Translations under genes and position numbers: made by a program
Part shown: in pieces, positions 37,827-47,036 of the stretch
How positions within the stretch are numbered: position 1 is the first letter of the stretch
Layout of the letters: each line of letters opens with the position of its first letter
From: a virus
Lineage: Duplodnaviria > Caudoviricetes
Reading direction: 5' to 3' (one strand)
Virus record (IMG/VR): IMGVR_UViG_3300033066_001054
DNA length: 64,000 bases
Notes under the pieces: model-generated
The model's input: only the letters and a program-made list of their open reading frames with translations
Databases searched by the model: none
Told to the model about the DNA's origin: nothing

Positions 37827-40304
37827 ATGGCAGATGGAGTTCAGTTAGGCGGCGGACCACTGCTACTAGCTCCCTCAATCGCGTTGGCGTTCAATGGAAC
37901 AATTGTTGGTCCATCGGGCGCAGATACAATTGTTGGAACCGGTAGCCAGTCTGGAATTTCAGGTATCTTTACGATTCCTGAAGAGTCATTTAACATCCAA
38001 GGCGGAAGCGGAACAATAGCCTTTGCTCCGATTGTCGGGGGTGGTTCAATGGTTCTTACTGGCATTGGCACCGCCAATCAAACCATTACCCACACCAGTA
38101 TTGCTGCTGTGGATTCATATGGAACACACAGCGTGGCAGCAGGGACTATCACACTGACAACCAGTTCGATTGGAACCTCTGGTACTTACGGCACACACAC
38201 AGCAGTTCCTGGCGCGGTAACAATAGTTCACACTTCATTATCTACCAGCGCATCATATGGTTCGCACACATTAGCAAGCACAATAGCCATATTGCCATCC
38301 AGTATTGTAGCAGTAGATGCTTATGGAACACACACTATTGCTCCAGGCACGGCAACAATCACGCATACAAGTTTAGCAACAGCCGAGGCTTATGGGACAC
38401 ACACTATTGTTCCAGGTAGTGTAACAATAGTTCACAACAGTCTATCTACATCGGCTTCTTACGGCACGCACACCTTGGTCGCCGGCACGGTAACAATAGC
38501 ACACACTTCACTGTCGACAAGTGCGTCTTATGGTTCACATACAATTTCAACATCTTACTTGATTACACACAGTTCTATATCGAGCAATGTTGCATATGGC
38601 ACACATACATTAGTGGCCGGCGCGGTAACAATAGTACACACCTCACTGTCGACAAGTGCGTCTTATGGCACACATACAATTGAGTCTGGAAGTAGTACGA
38701 TTATTCATACAAGTGTTGGTTCGGCAGAGTCATATGGTACTCACACGCTGTCACCCGGTGGAGTCGTTGTGACACACACAAGCATCGGAACGGCGGCTGC
38801 ATATGGCACTCATACACTGGCCAGTTCATACAACATTGTTCATAACAGCGTGTCTTCAAACAGCGCATATGGCACCCACACTGTTTTAGTGGGAGCAGTG
38901 GCAATTATTGCGACCTCAATATCAACTGCAGCGTCATATGGAACACACACATTATCTGCTGGCGGCGTAACGATTACTCATACCTCGATTGGTGCAACCA
39001 GTACATATGGCTCTCACACAATTGCCGTTGGTGGAGTAAATATTTCACATATCAGCCTGTCGAGTAATGCGTCTTATGGCACGGCCACTATAACCCCCGG
39101 TGTCGTAAACGTCATCCATGCCAGCATAGGCACTGCAGCCTCGTATGGTGCCCACACAGCCGTTGTTGGTGGTGTATCAATAATCACGAGTGGGGTGGCA
39201 ACCAGCGCGTCCTACGGGGCGCACACATTGGTTCCTGGCGGTGTTGTTGTTGTTGCAACCTCAATTAGCACTGCGGCTGCATATGGAACACACAGTATGT
39301 CAGCAACGTACTCGATTGTGGCCGGTAGTATTGGGGCTTCTAGTTCTTACGGCACACATACGTTTACTGTCGGAGGCGTGAACATATTGGCTACAAGCCT
39401 GTCTAGTGGTGCATCATATGGAACGCACACAATGGTTCCTGGTGCAGTAACCATTGTGCCAACCTCAATTAGTACGGCGTCAAGTTATGGTAACCACACC
39501 ATGGTTCCTGGCACAGTATATGTGGTTGCGACTGGATTGTCGACACAAGAGTCATACGGAGTACACGAGGTTGTATCCAGTAACGTCAATCTTTTCCTAA
39601 GTAGTATCGCCAGTTCAGAAAGCATTGGTGCCACTACATTATATGTCAACACTAACATTGTTCTATCCAACGGCGTCTCATCAGGTTTTGTTGCCAGCAC
39701 GCACGTCATGGTGGCGGGAGAAGTCCTTATTATTGTTGGTGGAATAGCCAGCGAAAGCGCAATAGGACTGACCGCACTGCAATCAACGTATTACATACTT
39801 GCAGTCTCTATTGGAACTACAGAAAGCATTGGAACCCACGCAATGGATGTGACATACTTGATTAGTGTTGATGGCGTTTCTAGCGTACACAGCATTGGTG
39901 CAACAACATTACATACCACATACCAAATCACAATTGGGTCTGGAGTATCTTCTACAGAATCGGTCTCAACTCCGTATATCTTGATTGGCCCTGTGTTTAT
40001 AGACGCAGTATCTGTTCCTGGCGGAGATGCGTATGGAGCACCAAACCTGTATGCCATTGCTTACATTTCACCAAATTCAATTGGTTCAATATTGTCACTT
40101 GGCGACGCAAGGTTGCAACTTCCAGCTATACCAGCACAACTAACATCCCAGTTCGTTGCCGAACCATGTGTGGCAACTAGTCGTATCGCACCGTGTGATA
40201 GTTCAACACAAGCAGTGCCTATGCTGAGGTCTACTGCAAGGTTTGTGGAAGTCAGTTGTATCATCGAAGAGACGAATCCAAGTTCAGAGATAGCTTTCTT
40301 GTAG
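37827..40304 (+). CDS. Fibre-shaft-like protein of 22-23-aa repeats (HTSxxTxxSYGTHT)
   Basis: About 22 clear YGxH-type repeats plus about 8 degenerate ones; very few charged residues. Confidence 0.75.
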   Translation: MADGVQLGGGPLLLAPSIALAFNGTIVGPSGADTIVGTGSQSGISGIFTIPEESFNIQGGSGTIAFAPIVGGGSMVLTGIGTANQTITHTSIAAVDSYGTHSVAAGTITLTTSSIGTSGTYGTHTAVPGAVTIVHTSLSTSASYGSHTLASTIAILPSSIVAVDAYGTHTIAPGTATITHTSLATAEAYGTHTIVPGSVTIVHNSLSTSASYGTHTLVAGTVTIAHTSLSTSASYGSHTISTSYLITHSSISSNVAYGTHTLVAGAVTIVHTSLSTSASYGTHTIESGSSTIIHTSVGSAESYGTHTLSPGGVVVTHTSIGTAAAYGTHTLASSYNIVHNSVSSNSAYGTHTVLVGAVAIIATSISTAASYGTHTLSAGGVTITHTSIGATSTYGSHTIAVGGVNISHISLSSNASYGTATITPGVVNVIHASIGTAASYGAHTAVVGGVSIITSGVATSASYGAHTLVPGGVVVVATSISTAAAYGTHSMSATYSIVAGSIGASSSYGTHTFTVGGVNILATSLSSGASYGTHTMVPGAVTIVPTSISTASSYGNHTMVPGTVYVVATGLSTQESYGVHEVVSSNVNLFLSSIASSESIGATTLYVNTNIVLSNGVSSGFVASTHVMVAGEVLIIVGGIASESAIGLTALQSTYYILAVSIGTTESIGTHAMDVTYLISVDGVSSVHSIGATTLHTTYQITIGSGVSSTESVSTPYILIGPVFIDAVSVPGGDAYGAPNLYAIAYISPNSIGSILSLGDARLQLPAIPAQLTSQFVAEPCVATSRIAPCDSSTQAVPMLRSTARFVEVSCIIEETNPSSEIAFL

Positions 40305-40328
40305 GCAAAACACACCAACATTCCTAAA
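40301..40328 (+). promoter_or_regulatory. Putative phage promoter GTAGGC-N16-CCTAAA
   Basis: Consensus match, 8 nt before GTG 40337. Confidence 0.55.
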
Positions 40329-40336
40329 AACACACT

Positions 40337-40627
40337 GTGCCTGAATTTGAACCAATTACACGAATACGCATTAGAGCCACAATCAGGGGTTTTGACGGAG
40401 TATTGTCTGACCCTACAACGCTCGAGTGTACTGTTCGTGAACCAGATGGCACAGAAACTACCTATATTTGGGGCACTGATGTGGAACTAGTTCAAGCAGA
40501 CACAGGTGATTTCTATGTCGACTGGGATGCAAGTCAAGCCGGCCAACACAAATATCGCTGGCAGTCGGGTGGAACCATCGTTGTTTCTTTTGGCGGTTCA
40601 TTTAATATCAGGCAACCGAGGTTCTAA
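40337..40627 (+). CDS. Small Ig-like beta protein, copy 1
   Basis: 96 aa, PDGT...G.FYVDW....AGQHKYRW pattern; 56/96 identical to the next gene. Confidence 0.75.
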   Translation: MPEFEPITRIRIRATIRGFDGVLSDPTTLECTVREPDGTETTYIWGTDVELVQADTGDFYVDWDASQAGQHKYRWQSGGTIVVSFGGSFNIRQPRF

Positions 40628-40917
40628 TGGTAGACTATTATCCAACAACAAGAATCAGGGTAGAAGCCCAACTGCGCAATCTAAGCAGTGTGTACACAGA
40701 CCCTACACAGTTGATATTTACCATCGAAGAGCCAGATGGCACCGAGACGTCGTACACATGGGGTATTGACCCAGAACTCGAGAGAACATCAGCAGGCAGG
40801 TTCTATGTAGACTGGGACGCAGACCAGGCTGGGCAACACAAATATCGCTGGCAGGCAAACGGTGCCATTCAGGCTGCGTTCGGCGGTTCATTCAACATCA
40901 AAGAACCCAACTTCTGA
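40627..40917 (+). CDS. Small Ig-like beta protein, copy 2
   Basis: 96 aa, ungapped paralogue of 40337-40627. Confidence 0.75.
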   Translation: MVDYYPTTRIRVEAQLRNLSSVYTDPTQLIFTIEEPDGTETSYTWGIDPELERTSAGRFYVDWDADQAGQHKYRWQANGAIQAAFGGSFNIKEPNF

Positions 40918-41292
40918 TTCTGGCTCTTCGTATTGAATTCGAGTTAGTGCCTCTCCCCTGGATGTTAATGGCATATATCGCACACTAACATTTCTAATGT
41001 ACTTACCAGAATCATCTGGGATTACGCCGGCACTAGACAGTAAGTCTAAGATTGGTTTGCACGAATTGTCTGGGTCACAATGAGGACCCCAATCACGACC
41101 CTGCACAATGACAATATTGACATCTATTGGGAAATTGCGTGCAGACCGCATTTGTGACTGCACGACAGGAAGATTGGTTTCAATCCAGTTCCTGTATTTG
41201 CGTGTTTTGAACACGCCTTTGGGCGTCATTGCATACATACGATTAGCCGAAATTGGCGCCCCGATGCTACACGCTGTGTCATGACCGAACAT
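40888..41292 (-). CDS. rusA: RusA-family Holliday junction resolvase
   Basis: PISANRMY...DPDNSCKPILDLL...GVIPDDS matches the RusA DxDNxxKxxxD...DD motifs. Confidence 0.85.
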   Translation of the reverse strand: MFGHDTACSIGAPISANRMYAMTPKGVFKTRKYRNWIETNLPVVQSQMRSARNFPIDVNIVIVQGRDWGPHCDPDNSCKPILDLLSSAGVIPDDSGKYIRNVSVRYMPLTSRGEALTRIQYEEPESEVGFFDVE

Positions 41293-41309
41293 AGTCTGAC
41301 TTATACAGG

Positions 41310-42029
41310 TTACCGTTTATTCAATGGGTTAAGTTCTGGCGGTAACCAAGATTGGACCGGATTGTCTAGCTTAGGATTACTAAATGGGTTTGAAGTCGGT
41401 GCCTCTTTCTTGGGCGGTGTCAACTTATCTTGTGACCCATAATAAGCCTCTTTCTTTGGTGCGCTTGTGCTTTTTGGTACCGAAGCAGGTTTGTCAATAG
41501 GTTTTTCAGACGCTGGCTTTTCTGATTTTGTCGCAGGTGGTTCCCACTTGAGCTTCTTGCGCTTTTTCTCTTCCATGGCATCAGAGAATGGCTTGGCCTG
41601 GTTGAGCCATGAGGATTTACCAGATGCAATATCTTGTGTTCGTTTTCTGGATTCTTCTGACCATCTTGGGTCTACCATTCCTGGTGATTTTGGTTGTAAC
41701 CCCTTGGTTTCTGGTAGCTTTAGTGCCTTGGCACGAGCAACAATTGCTTCAACAAATTGAGGCGGGTCGTCGCGTTTCATAATTGGAGTGCCGTCGTTCA
41801 GTGTAACAATGCGACTTTCTTGCATTCTAGCCTTCATATAGTCAATGCCCTTAGACCTGGCTAAATCTAACAACTTGCCTACATACTCAGCCATACCGCC
41901 GCCATAGCCGGCAGTAACGATTTTGTGAGCATATCTGTCAATTTGATTGGCCTCGGCAAACCGACCCGAAGAGTCGAGTTGTGAAGCTCTTTCAAGCATA
42001 TATGCAATAATGAAATCAATATCTGTCAT
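41310..42029 (-). CDS. Hypothetical protein with N-terminal AxxLDxxGxFxEANxxD motif and K/P-rich tail
   Basis: ASQLDSSGRFAEANQID; ATGA overlap at 42026-42029. Confidence 0.75.
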   Translation of the reverse strand: MTDIDFIIAYMLERASQLDSSGRFAEANQIDRYAHKIVTAGYGGGMAEYVGKLLDLARSKGIDYMKARMQESRIVTLNDGTPIMKRDDPPQFVEAIVARAKALKLPETKGLQPKSPGMVDPRWSEESRKRTQDIASGKSSWLNQAKPFSDAMEEKKRKKLKWEPPATKSEKPASEKPIDKPASVPKSTSAPKKEAYYGSQDKLTPPKKEAPTSNPFSNPKLDNPVQSWLPPELNPLNKR

Positions 42030-44308
42030 CTTCGTGTATCCCAAAAATCGTCGTACTCGTTAGCCCATGTTTTAGGCTTTTCCTGTCGCGGCACCTGCTG
42101 TTGTGGAGCAGGTTGTTGCACAGGTGGAGTATATTGAGGTTGCTGAACCGGTGGTGTATACCGAGGCTCTTGTTGAACCGGTGGTGTATACTGAGGTTCT
42201 GGCTGCTGTTGCATTGGTTGCGAATATCCAGACTGAGGACTATCCACTGTTTGGATAGCTTCTCTTGCCGCGCCTGCGGGTGCCAACTGGGTTACAATTC
42301 CCCAAATAGCTGCGGCGCCGAGTCCCATACCACCCAAGAATTTAACCAGCTTTTTGAGTTTTAGGGCCCGTTCTTGAGGGCGACGAGGCACCCATGAACC
42401 AGTATCCTCTGGAACCTGGTCTTGGGATTCGTTGTCGCCTAAATCCATTTCAGGTTCGTCATACTGACCGGGCTTCGTCTCTTCGGTGCCAGGTGCGTGC
42501 TCCTCTTGGTCAAGTATGGTGTTTTCTTCACCATCGTTTGGGTTCAATCCGAGGGCGGTTACTATAATGTATGCCGCCTTTTCTAAAAGCGCATCTAGGT
42601 TTTCCTGGGAGTCAAGCCATTGAAGAATTTCATTGTTTGGTTGCCTATCCGCTATAGGCACGCTATCTATTAGGCTATTGAGCACAATAGTAAATGCGTA
42701 TTTGCGCTTTTCTCCACCGTTTACGATATCGTCCTTGAGCTCTTGAATAATTGCAAGAACTTCAGGAGTTGTGTCTGGGTTTGACTCAATGCTTTTAATC
42801 TCTTGGACTACACCCATAGCCATTCGCTCAATCTCGGCTTCTTCTGGTGTAGATTCTTGACCAGTTCCACTTGGCACTTCATCGACCGTATCTTGGTCTT
42901 CGTCAACAATTTGTTCATCTGTTGGCACAAATGACTCATCATCTGGTGTAGGTGGTTCTGAGATATCGGTGTTCTCCATGCCAACATCGGCACCAGGAAC
43001 ATCTTCGGGCGCCTCTATGCCAACGGGTGACTGAACAGGCTCATCAACAGGTTTTTTGCCTTTTCGCCCTTTTGGCGCCGGCGGAACCAATTCTTCCACT
43101 GGTGCTTCCACTGGTGCTTCCACTGGTTGTTTGCCCTTTCTTCCTTTTGGTTGTGGTGTGACTGGTGTGATTGGTGCTTCCACTGGCTCTTCTAAACCGA
43201 TGGTTTGTGCGTCATTCGTTTCATCTTGTGGACCGGAGGTTGCGTCAAATGGCATCTCTTCGTCTGGTGGAATCGGTGTGTCAGACGGTTGAAGATTTGT
43301 AATTGCATACTTTGGATTTGACCGACTCAACAAGTGATTGACTTCATCTTGGTCAAACCACCTTATGCCGTCTGTCTCAGGGTCTCCTGCAGATGATTCA
43401 AAGAATCCATCGGGCAACGCAACATCGTTTGGCATTCCGACCATACGTGCTTTTTCTTCTACCAGACTCATAGTTGATGTAATGTTTGGCAATGGCTCTA
43501 GAAACCAATTTATCAAAGCCGCTGCGTTCGCAGCAATGGCTTCTCTGGCCTGAGGTGTCTTGGCTTTTTGAATCATTGGTTCCAGTTGTTTGCTTACTAA
43601 CAACTCTGTAATTTGTCTGGCTTCTGGTGTTTGCAAACTCGAAAGTCCATCAAATTGAACTTGAGCAATCTGCTCTGGGTCGCGCTCCATTTCAGACACC
43701 TTTTTAGCCCTTGCTAACTCCTTGCGAATATCATTGCTCATGCCCCGAGTAGAAATGTCTTCTCTTCCACTAAGTGCTTGCATCTCCAGGTTCTTAACAA
43801 GGCTCGACCCTAGTGCATTCAATTCTTTCGGTGTGTATGCGGCGTCTGATTTACCAAACGCTTCGCGAATTCCATTCAACCAGATGTTACGGAACACTGG
43901 AGATAATACGCCCAACATTGATAACTGCTCTGGTGTTAGTTCTCCATCCATGTTCGATGCAAACCGGGCACTAAAAGGCAGTGACTTTCGTGCTAAACGA
44001 ACCTTGTGGTCTTCCTCAAGCATGAATGACCATAGCTCAATATATCGGTCAATCTCTCCAAGTACAAACGCCTTTTCGCCAGCAGTTCGTTCGTTGACCG
44101 TCTGTGACGAGACTAGTTTCTTGGCTTCGCGCAAAAACTCAAGATATTCGTGGTGCTCTTGGGTGTTGTGAAACAGTGGCTGTCCGGCATCCATTGCCAT
44201 GCCAACTCTCATCAAAGCCTCAACATTATCGGCTTGTTTAGCAAGGCCAATTTTGTCTAAGGTGTTTGCTGTGCGAACATATGGTTCTATGCGTGGGTTG
44301 TTTGCCAT
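42026..44308 (-). CDS. Acidic, Pro-rich protein with N-terminal shared motif and a C-terminal hydrophobic helix
   Basis: ANTLDKIGLAKQADNVE; PVEA repeats; FLGGMGLGAAAIWGIVTQL; PQYTPPVQQ-like repeat x3. Confidence 0.8.
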   Translation of the reverse strand: MANNPRIEPYVRTANTLDKIGLAKQADNVEALMRVGMAMDAGQPLFHNTQEHHEYLEFLREAKKLVSSQTVNERTAGEKAFVLGEIDRYIELWSFMLEEDHKVRLARKSLPFSARFASNMDGELTPEQLSMLGVLSPVFRNIWLNGIREAFGKSDAAYTPKELNALGSSLVKNLEMQALSGREDISTRGMSNDIRKELARAKKVSEMERDPEQIAQVQFDGLSSLQTPEARQITELLVSKQLEPMIQKAKTPQAREAIAANAAALINWFLEPLPNITSTMSLVEEKARMVGMPNDVALPDGFFESSAGDPETDGIRWFDQDEVNHLLSRSNPKYAITNLQPSDTPIPPDEEMPFDATSGPQDETNDAQTIGLEEPVEAPITPVTPQPKGRKGKQPVEAPVEAPVEELVPPAPKGRKGKKPVDEPVQSPVGIEAPEDVPGADVGMENTDISEPPTPDDESFVPTDEQIVDEDQDTVDEVPSGTGQESTPEEAEIERMAMGVVQEIKSIESNPDTTPEVLAIIQELKDDIVNGGEKRKYAFTIVLNSLIDSVPIADRQPNNEILQWLDSQENLDALLEKAAYIIVTALGLNPNDGEENTILDQEEHAPGTEETKPGQYDEPEMDLGDNESQDQVPEDTGSWVPRRPQERALKLKKLVKFLGGMGLGAAAIWGIVTQLAPAGAAREAIQTVDSPQSGYSQPMQQQPEPQYTPPVQQEPRYTPPVQQPQYTPPVQQPAPQQQVPRQEKPKTWANEYDDFWDTRR

Positions 44309-44339
44309 GATTCACCAATTACAAGTGTACAGTTTGAAA

Positions 44340-44367
44340 CTTACGAACGCGGACAATTTAGACCTTT
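44340..44367 (-). promoter_or_regulatory. Putative phage promoter AAAGGT-N16-CGTAAG
   Basis: Consensus match on the minus strand upstream of 44308. Confidence 0.55.
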
Positions 44368-44422
44368 CTTTTGAAAAGCACAAGGCAAAAAATGGCGAGT
44401 TCCTAAGATAGCATTATAGTCC

Positions 44423-45475
44423 ATGTCATCAATATCACTGTGCGGTTTCTACGGCAAAAACAATTACGGCGACGATTTAATGGCCGAATGCTTGAGCCAG
44501 CGTCTTAGCACTAGCGATAGCGAAGTAAAAGTTTACTCTGACGTATGCAAGGGTGATATTTTGAATGGTATGAAAGACCATTCATTCTTAGACAGCGACT
44601 GGATTGTCATTGGTGGTGGCAACATCATAGGCCCAGGTTTCTGGGCATTCAAAGATGGAATGATTGACCTGTTGCCAAAAGATGGCAGGGTTGTGTTTTT
44701 GAATGTCGGCGTTACACAGGACTACCTGAGTAACAGTGATTTTAGCAAAAAACTTGAGAGTCTAAATGCAAAATGGTGGGTAAGAGATATGGAATCACAA
44801 GACATACTCTACAACCTTGATATTGAATCGAGCTTTTTGCCAGATATATCATTGACACTCCGAGAACAGTTACACACGGAAAAAGAACCAAAAACCATTG
44901 GGGTGCTACTTAATGCGTATCCAATGAACGATTTGTTCAACAACGATAACGTATATCTTCACCAACGCGCACACCAATTTGCTCGAGTCCTGGCACATCA
45001 TTTGGACTGGATGATATCGTTTGGATGGAAAGTGAAATTCTTGCCCTGTCATGTGAGTACCCAGATTGATGACAGGTTGATAGCTGCGGTGGTTTTTGGA
45101 TACATGCAAAACAAGAAATCAGCAACATGGCAGGTTTCACATATGCCTTGGAAAGACCTGTCAGAGAGCATCAGCAAATGTGAGTTGGTGTTTTCGATGA
45201 GATACCACGCTTCGACCACAGCAGTGGCTTCTAAAACAAGATTTGTAGACTTAATTCACCATGACAAAAACAAACAGTTTGTCAGATACATCAAGGCTGA
45301 ACAGTGTGCTGTAAACATATGGGCCGCAACACACGAAAGCCTAATAGAAGCAACGGTTGCGGCCGAGGCTATAAATACGGATTCATGGTATCAATGCAAC
45401 GTTGCACAAAGCCTGTGGAACGACTTTGATTCATCATGGAAAACTCTCATAGAGAAAAACAATGCAAGAACATAA
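44423..45475 (+). CDS. Polysaccharide pyruvyltransferase-family protein
   Basis: GFYGKNNYGDDLM, IGGGNII, VRDMES, PD and SMRYHA motifs. Confidence 0.85.
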   Translation: MSSISLCGFYGKNNYGDDLMAECLSQRLSTSDSEVKVYSDVCKGDILNGMKDHSFLDSDWIVIGGGNIIGPGFWAFKDGMIDLLPKDGRVVFLNVGVTQDYLSNSDFSKKLESLNAKWWVRDMESQDILYNLDIESSFLPDISLTLREQLHTEKEPKTIGVLLNAYPMNDLFNNDNVYLHQRAHQFARVLAHHLDWMISFGWKVKFLPCHVSTQIDDRLIAAVVFGYMQNKKSATWQVSHMPWKDLSESISKCELVFSMRYHASTTAVASKTRFVDLIHHDKNKQFVRYIKAEQCAVNIWAATHESLIEATVAAEAINTDSWYQCNVAQSLWNDFDSSWKTLIEKNNART

Positions 45476-47036
45476 ACCACTAGCAACAAAATCGCTTATC
45501 AAGAAAATATCATCGGGCATTCTGTGTGTAATGCTTTCGGTGTTCTTTTTCGTCGTTGGTATCCCTCTACTCGTATTGGCGTACATTGGACTGTGCTTCG
45601 GATATGCCGGAAAGACACTTGATAGGATTGGTTGTGCTATGTGTGCTTATGTAGAGTTCTTGCTCAGAAGCATCATTGACTCATTGCACAAAGTGTGTCA
45701 CATAGACCCATATGACAGCGAGTATTGCGGATGCTGGCCGCCGCATTGTGGTTGGCATCCACATTGTGGTCATGCACCCCATTGTGGATGCCCAGCGCAT
45801 GGATGCTCATGGCTTTCGATTTTAGTTATGCTTTTGAACATCATAGCAATGCCATATTTCTGGTGTACCAAAAAACCACACAAGGTCAATAAGCCCCGTG
45901 TTGGTGAAAACGAAAAACTTCGAGTGGCATATGTCAGTGTGTGGGGCACACCGTGTGGAATCGCCACATACAACGAGGAACTTGTTCCATATCTGAGAGA
46001 GTACGCCGATGTTAAGGTATTCGCAGAGTACGCCGATACAGACAAAAACCAAGGACTCGACCGAGACCCTGAGTGGGTGTTGCGCTGCTGGAGCAGACAC
46101 GAGCATCCAAAATCCAAACTTATGCACGAATTGCTCGAATATCAGCCCCATGTCGTGCATATTGGTCATGAGTATGGGTTCTTTGCAAGGGCTTACATGT
46201 ACACATCTTTGGTAACCTGGCTAAAGGGTCGTAAAATTCCGGTGCTCACCACGTTCCATAGTGTTTATGAGCACCAGGATAAGGTTGTAACAGAAGTGTC
46301 TTCACCAAACATCATTGTTCACACAGAGGCCGGAAGGGACTGTCTTGTAAAGAAAGGACTTCAGCCAAGCAAAATACACACAATACCACATGGCACAGAG
46401 GTTCTTGCTGGTACACAAGATGCGCCAGAACTGTTGCCGAGTATGTGGAACACATGGCACACAAAGCACACTATATTTCACCCAGGGTTCATGTTTGGAT
46501 ACAAAGGTCATGTAAGGATGCTTCATATTGTGGCCAGACTGAAAAAGAAATACCCTGATGTGCATTACATCATTCAGGGCTCAGAAAACCCACACACAAT
46601 GAAGGAACATGATGCGCTATATGCACAAATCATTGAAACCGCAGATGCACTTGGGCTTTCATCAAATGTAACGGTAAACCGTGGGTTTGTGTCCAAAGAG
46701 GTATTGTTGTCATTTATCAGAACAACTCGTGTGTGCGTATTGCCATATCAAAGCCACCCTGACCACGAGGTGCGTGCAACATCTGGTATAGCCAGGGTGG
46801 TCGCCGGCACAGAGACACCACTCGTTGTAAGTTCTGTACACTTGTTTGATGACCTTGACGATGTTGCTACAAAGTGCATTGACGATGATGCAATGTATAA
46901 CGCGATTGACAACATCTTTAAGGACAACGACGTCAAAAACTCTCAGGTATACAGCCGAGTGAGGTTCTTAAAAGCAACTAACTGGAAGCATATCGCCAAA
47001 AAGACTTTTGACGTCTACAAGCAAATCATTCGCTGA
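45462..47036 (+). CDS. GT4-like (GT-B) glycosyltransferase with hydrophobic, Cys/His-rich N-terminal extension
   Basis: CGIATYNEEL, HIGHEYG, TTFH, IIVHT, IPHG, GFMFGYKG, VLPY and TSG motifs. Confidence 0.85.
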   Translation: MQEHKPLATKSLIKKISSGILCVMLSVFFFVVGIPLLVLAYIGLCFGYAGKTLDRIGCAMCAYVEFLLRSIIDSLHKVCHIDPYDSEYCGCWPPHCGWHPHCGHAPHCGCPAHGCSWLSILVMLLNIIAMPYFWCTKKPHKVNKPRVGENEKLRVAYVSVWGTPCGIATYNEELVPYLREYADVKVFAEYADTDKNQGLDRDPEWVLRCWSRHEHPKSKLMHELLEYQPHVVHIGHEYGFFARAYMYTSLVTWLKGRKIPVLTTFHSVYEHQDKVVTEVSSPNIIVHTEAGRDCLVKKGLQPSKIHTIPHGTEVLAGTQDAPELLPSMWNTWHTKHTIFHPGFMFGYKGHVRMLHIVARLKKKYPDVHYIIQGSENPHTMKEHDALYAQIIETADALGLSSNVTVNRGFVSKEVLLSFIRTTRVCVLPYQSHPDHEVRATSGIARVVAGTETPLVVSSVHLFDDLDDVATKCIDDDAMYNAIDNIFKDNDVKNSQVYSRVRFLKATNWKHIAKKTFDVYKQIIR

